Source of the DNA: Eggerthellaceae bacterium | Lineage (GTDB): Bacteria > Actinomycetota > Coriobacteriia > Coriobacteriales > Eggerthellaceae | NCBI GenBank assembly: GCA_015062605.1 | Contig: SUUI01000006.1 | Location: 15,205-79,204 of the forward strand | DNA: 64,000 bases | Reading direction: 5' to 3' | In this document: positions 61,869-64,000 of the stretch, piece after piece | Numbering within the stretch: position 1 is the stretch's first letter | How the letters are laid out: every line of letters starts with the position of its first letter | Position numbers and translations under genes: made by a program | The notes under the pieces: generated by a model | Database searches by the model: none | What the model saw: only the letters and a program-made list of their open reading frames with translations | What the model was told of the DNA's origin: nothing

Positions 61869-63064
61869 TTCATTTCCCCAACACATTTATATGCAGCTAA
61901 AAGTCGTTTTTCCATAGTCGGCCAAGAGTATCGTTCCTCAAATAGATTCCGCTCCTTCGTGCTGATAGCTTCCCAATCGCTTTTCCGCGACTGAAGATTA
62001 GCAATCGCGTCGGCAATCGCCGCGGAACCAGGATTGCAAGTTACGCCTATACCGTGTTCATCAATTACGCAATCCATTCCCGTTCCGTGAAACATTATTA
62101 GAGGCTTGCCTAATGACAAGGCTTCATAAAACTTATTTGGAGCAGCATATTTATGATTTCGGATTGCAGGATCGTACAAAGCAACCATTATGTCGCACGA
62201 ACGTTCCAGCGCTATAGCTTCAGCATAAGTCATTTTCCCATAGAAAAAAACATTCTCGTGATATTCCGAAAACTCCTTCACGTAATCCTCTAAGGTCCCG
62301 AAGCCCCCTATATGCAATTCAGCATCATCGGCAATTGCTACCGCGTCGAGCAACTGCTTTATACATCTGTCTTCCACCAAGTTGCCAACATATGCAACTT
62401 TTGTTTTTCCACTAGATGATTTCAGAATGAAGGATTCTGGAACCGTAGGTTCCCGCAGCTGTTCCGCACTTGGAGAGTTGTGAACTACATACAAGTTGGC
62501 CGGTTTTGCGTCCTTTATTTGTTCCTTTCTTTGCTCGCTGCAAATAATAGTAGCATCTGCTTTGCTGATTATTCGATCTTCTAATCTCTTGAAGCAACGC
62601 CTCATTATCGAAGGAACATCAACAGTGTCTGAATAATAGTCGTAAATGTCGTAGATGATTCGTTTACCATGTAGTTTCTTAGCAATTGCCGCAGGTATTC
62701 CCGTCTGCAAGTCACATGCATGAATAACGTCGAAGCTTCCACGATTACCAATAAGCCATGATAAAACTCGAATCTCAAACTTTAGTAATGGAAAGAAATT
62801 CCTTTTTATCCCACCGCCCCAAAGCGCAGGTATTCCAAGTCGAATAATTGGTACCTTTCCGTCAGGCAGGCAGAGAGAGCTCTCCTCGTATTTCTTTTTT
62901 GGAAATCTTTCCCATGCCAAAATCTTCAAATCATAGCCGCCCCGAAATGCAATTGTATTGGCTTCTTTCTCGACTCTCGGATCAGGGTTGACCCCATTCG
63001 TTCTTATGAGCAAGACTCTCAATTTGCAATCCTCCAACCTCGAATCAAAAACCGAATACTGCAA
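61865..63064 (-). CDS. GT4 (group 1) glycosyltransferase
   Basis: A 399-aa ORF with a GT-B C-terminal half carrying the E-x7-E-like region (NKFYEALSLGKPLIM). Confidence 0.8.
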   Translation of the reverse strand: MQYSVFDSRLEDCKLRVLLIRTNGVNPDPRVEKEANTIAFRGGYDLKILAWERFPKKKYEESSLCLPDGKVPIIRLGIPALWGGGIKRNFFPLLKFEIRVLSWLIGNRGSFDVIHACDLQTGIPAAIAKKLHGKRIIYDIYDYYSDTVDVPSIMRRCFKRLEDRIISKADATIICSEQRKEQIKDAKPANLYVVHNSPSAEQLREPTVPESFILKSSSGKTKVAYVGNLVEDRCIKQLLDAVAIADDAELHIGGFGTLEDYVKEFSEYHENVFFYGKMTYAEAIALERSCDIMVALYDPAIRNHKYAAPNKFYEALSLGKPLIMFHGTGMDCVIDEHGIGVTCNPGSAAIADAIANLQSRKSDWEAISTKERNLFEERYSWPTMEKRLLAAYKCVGEMK

Positions 63065-63182
63065 GACAATTCTTGAAGTGAAATACCATCATCATATATC
63101 GGGAGAAGTTGTCAACTCGCGCCTGATAATAAAGAAAATGACTGTTTCATACTTTCTAGAAACAACAATTTCATTTATTGAT

Positions 63183-64000
63183 CTATTTCTTTTTCAGGAA
63201 AAGATTCTCATATTCTGCAACGATAAAGCGCCATGAATAGCGCTCCGAAATTACAAGCGTCGATTTTTCATCAAAGCGCCGAATGGATATCTCGTCAAGA
63301 CGTTCAGCAATTCCAATTGTTTTTCTTAAGCTTCCATTGTCCTTGGTCCAATAGAGGGCGGAATCTTCAGCAACTTCCCTATTGAATCCAATATTGAGAA
63401 GAAGGTTTAGCCGAGTTGATGCGAGCGCCTCCAACAAACTCGGGTTCGTGCCTCCCACTTCATGGCCATGAAGGTACGCAAAGGCGCACTCACGAATCTT
63501 TTTCAAGAGCTCTTGGTCGTACACGGTCCCAACAAATTTAATTCTCGGATCACTCAGAAAACCTGTTTTCCCCTGAAGACGTTCCAAGAAAGATTCTTCG
63601 GTATCGGTAATAAGAGCAAAAGAGCGGCTAGTCTCAGAAGACATGAACTCGCGTATCATGGTCTCATAGTTGTTCTCTGGAACAAAGCGCCCAACCACAA
63701 GATAGTATCCATTAGGCGCAAGACCTTTTTCCGCAAGCCAGCTCACGAAACATGGGTCATCATCGCGCAATCTTGACTTGTGAATATCTGCGCCATAGGC
63801 AATATATTTCGTCTTGGGAGAAAAAACCGAGTATTCGCTACGTATGTATCTTTCTATATTTTTGCTATCACATATCAGCAAATCGGAATGCTTGACCATA
63901 CCTCGCTCTGAGAGCTTCCAATACTTACGTATGGGTAGACTCCATTTAGCTCTAAGCCACTCATGTCCATCAGGATTAACATATAGCAATCCTCCGAGCT
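63183..64000 (-). CDS. glycosyltransferase (DUF1972 N-domain plus GT1 C-domain type); the 5' end lies beyond the window
   Basis: ORF 63183..63989. The frame stays open to nt 64000 (..LGGLLYVNPDG..). The C-terminal half reads HGHEVGGTNPSLLEALA, typical of rhamnosyl/glycosyl transferases of this type. Confidence 0.7.
   Translation of the reverse strand, partial: LGGLLYVNPDGHEWLRAKWSLPIRKYWKLSERGMVKHSDLLICDSKNIERYIRSEYSVFSPKTKYIAYGADIHKSRLRDDDPCFVSWLAEKGLAPNGYYLVVGRFVPENNYETMIREFMSSETSRSFALITDTEESFLERLQGKTGFLSDPRIKFVGTVYDQELLKKIRECAFAYLHGHEVGGTNPSLLEALASTRLNLLLNIGFNREVAEDSALYWTKDNGSLRKTIGIAERLDEISIRRFDEKSTLVISERYSWRFIVAEYENLFLKKK

Overview
This is a 64-kb chromosomal segment from a high-GC Gram-positive bacterium. 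Gene content and synteny look Coriobacteriia/Actinomycetota-like, but that assignment is inference only. I support about 50 protein genes, roughly 40 of them on the minus strand. I found no rRNA, tRNA, CRISPR array, transposase or integrase.

The region from 0 to 39 kb is mostly housekeeping:
- dxs (partial), xseB, nusB and asp23
- a two-subunit biotin carboxylase plus carboxyltransferase/BCCP pair that looks like pyruvate carboxylase
- RNase R
- ftsE-ftsX followed by an S41 peptidase homologue that appears to lack its catalytic serine
- a split transketolase and a U32 peptidase
- two convergent class-A PBPs that share an unusual charged-helix plus (GGDTP)n tail
- argH-argR
- a WecA/TagO-type initiating transferase with a GT2 and a deacetylase
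- pheST, menG and recN
- a GlpA-like/DUF1667 flavoprotein trio

Two accessory loci stand out.

(i) 39.4-50.6 kb holds a five-gene minus-strand operon behind a cobalamin-riboswitch-like leader. It encodes a 2356-aa secreted protein, a DUF4430 (transcobalamin-beta-like) lipoprotein, and a dedicated ECF transporter (T, fused A-A', S). The secreted protein contains a transcobalamin-alpha-like alpha/alpha toroid, three ricin-lectin/Ig cassettes, four copies of an unknown module, and a CbiK-type chelatase domain. I read this as a candidate, apparently undescribed, cell-surface corrinoid/tetrapyrrole capture system feeding an ECF importer.

(ii) 50.8-64 kb holds a glycopolymer locus that becomes visibly AT-rich. 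It carries a phosphonate branch: a PepM fusion, Ppd, a nucleotidyltransferase/Fe-ADH fusion and LicD. It also carries a flippase, a Wzy-like polymerase, four or five glycosyltransferases and a UDP-GlcNAc 2-epimerase.

All calls rest on manual reading of the translations and the DNA. No database search was run.
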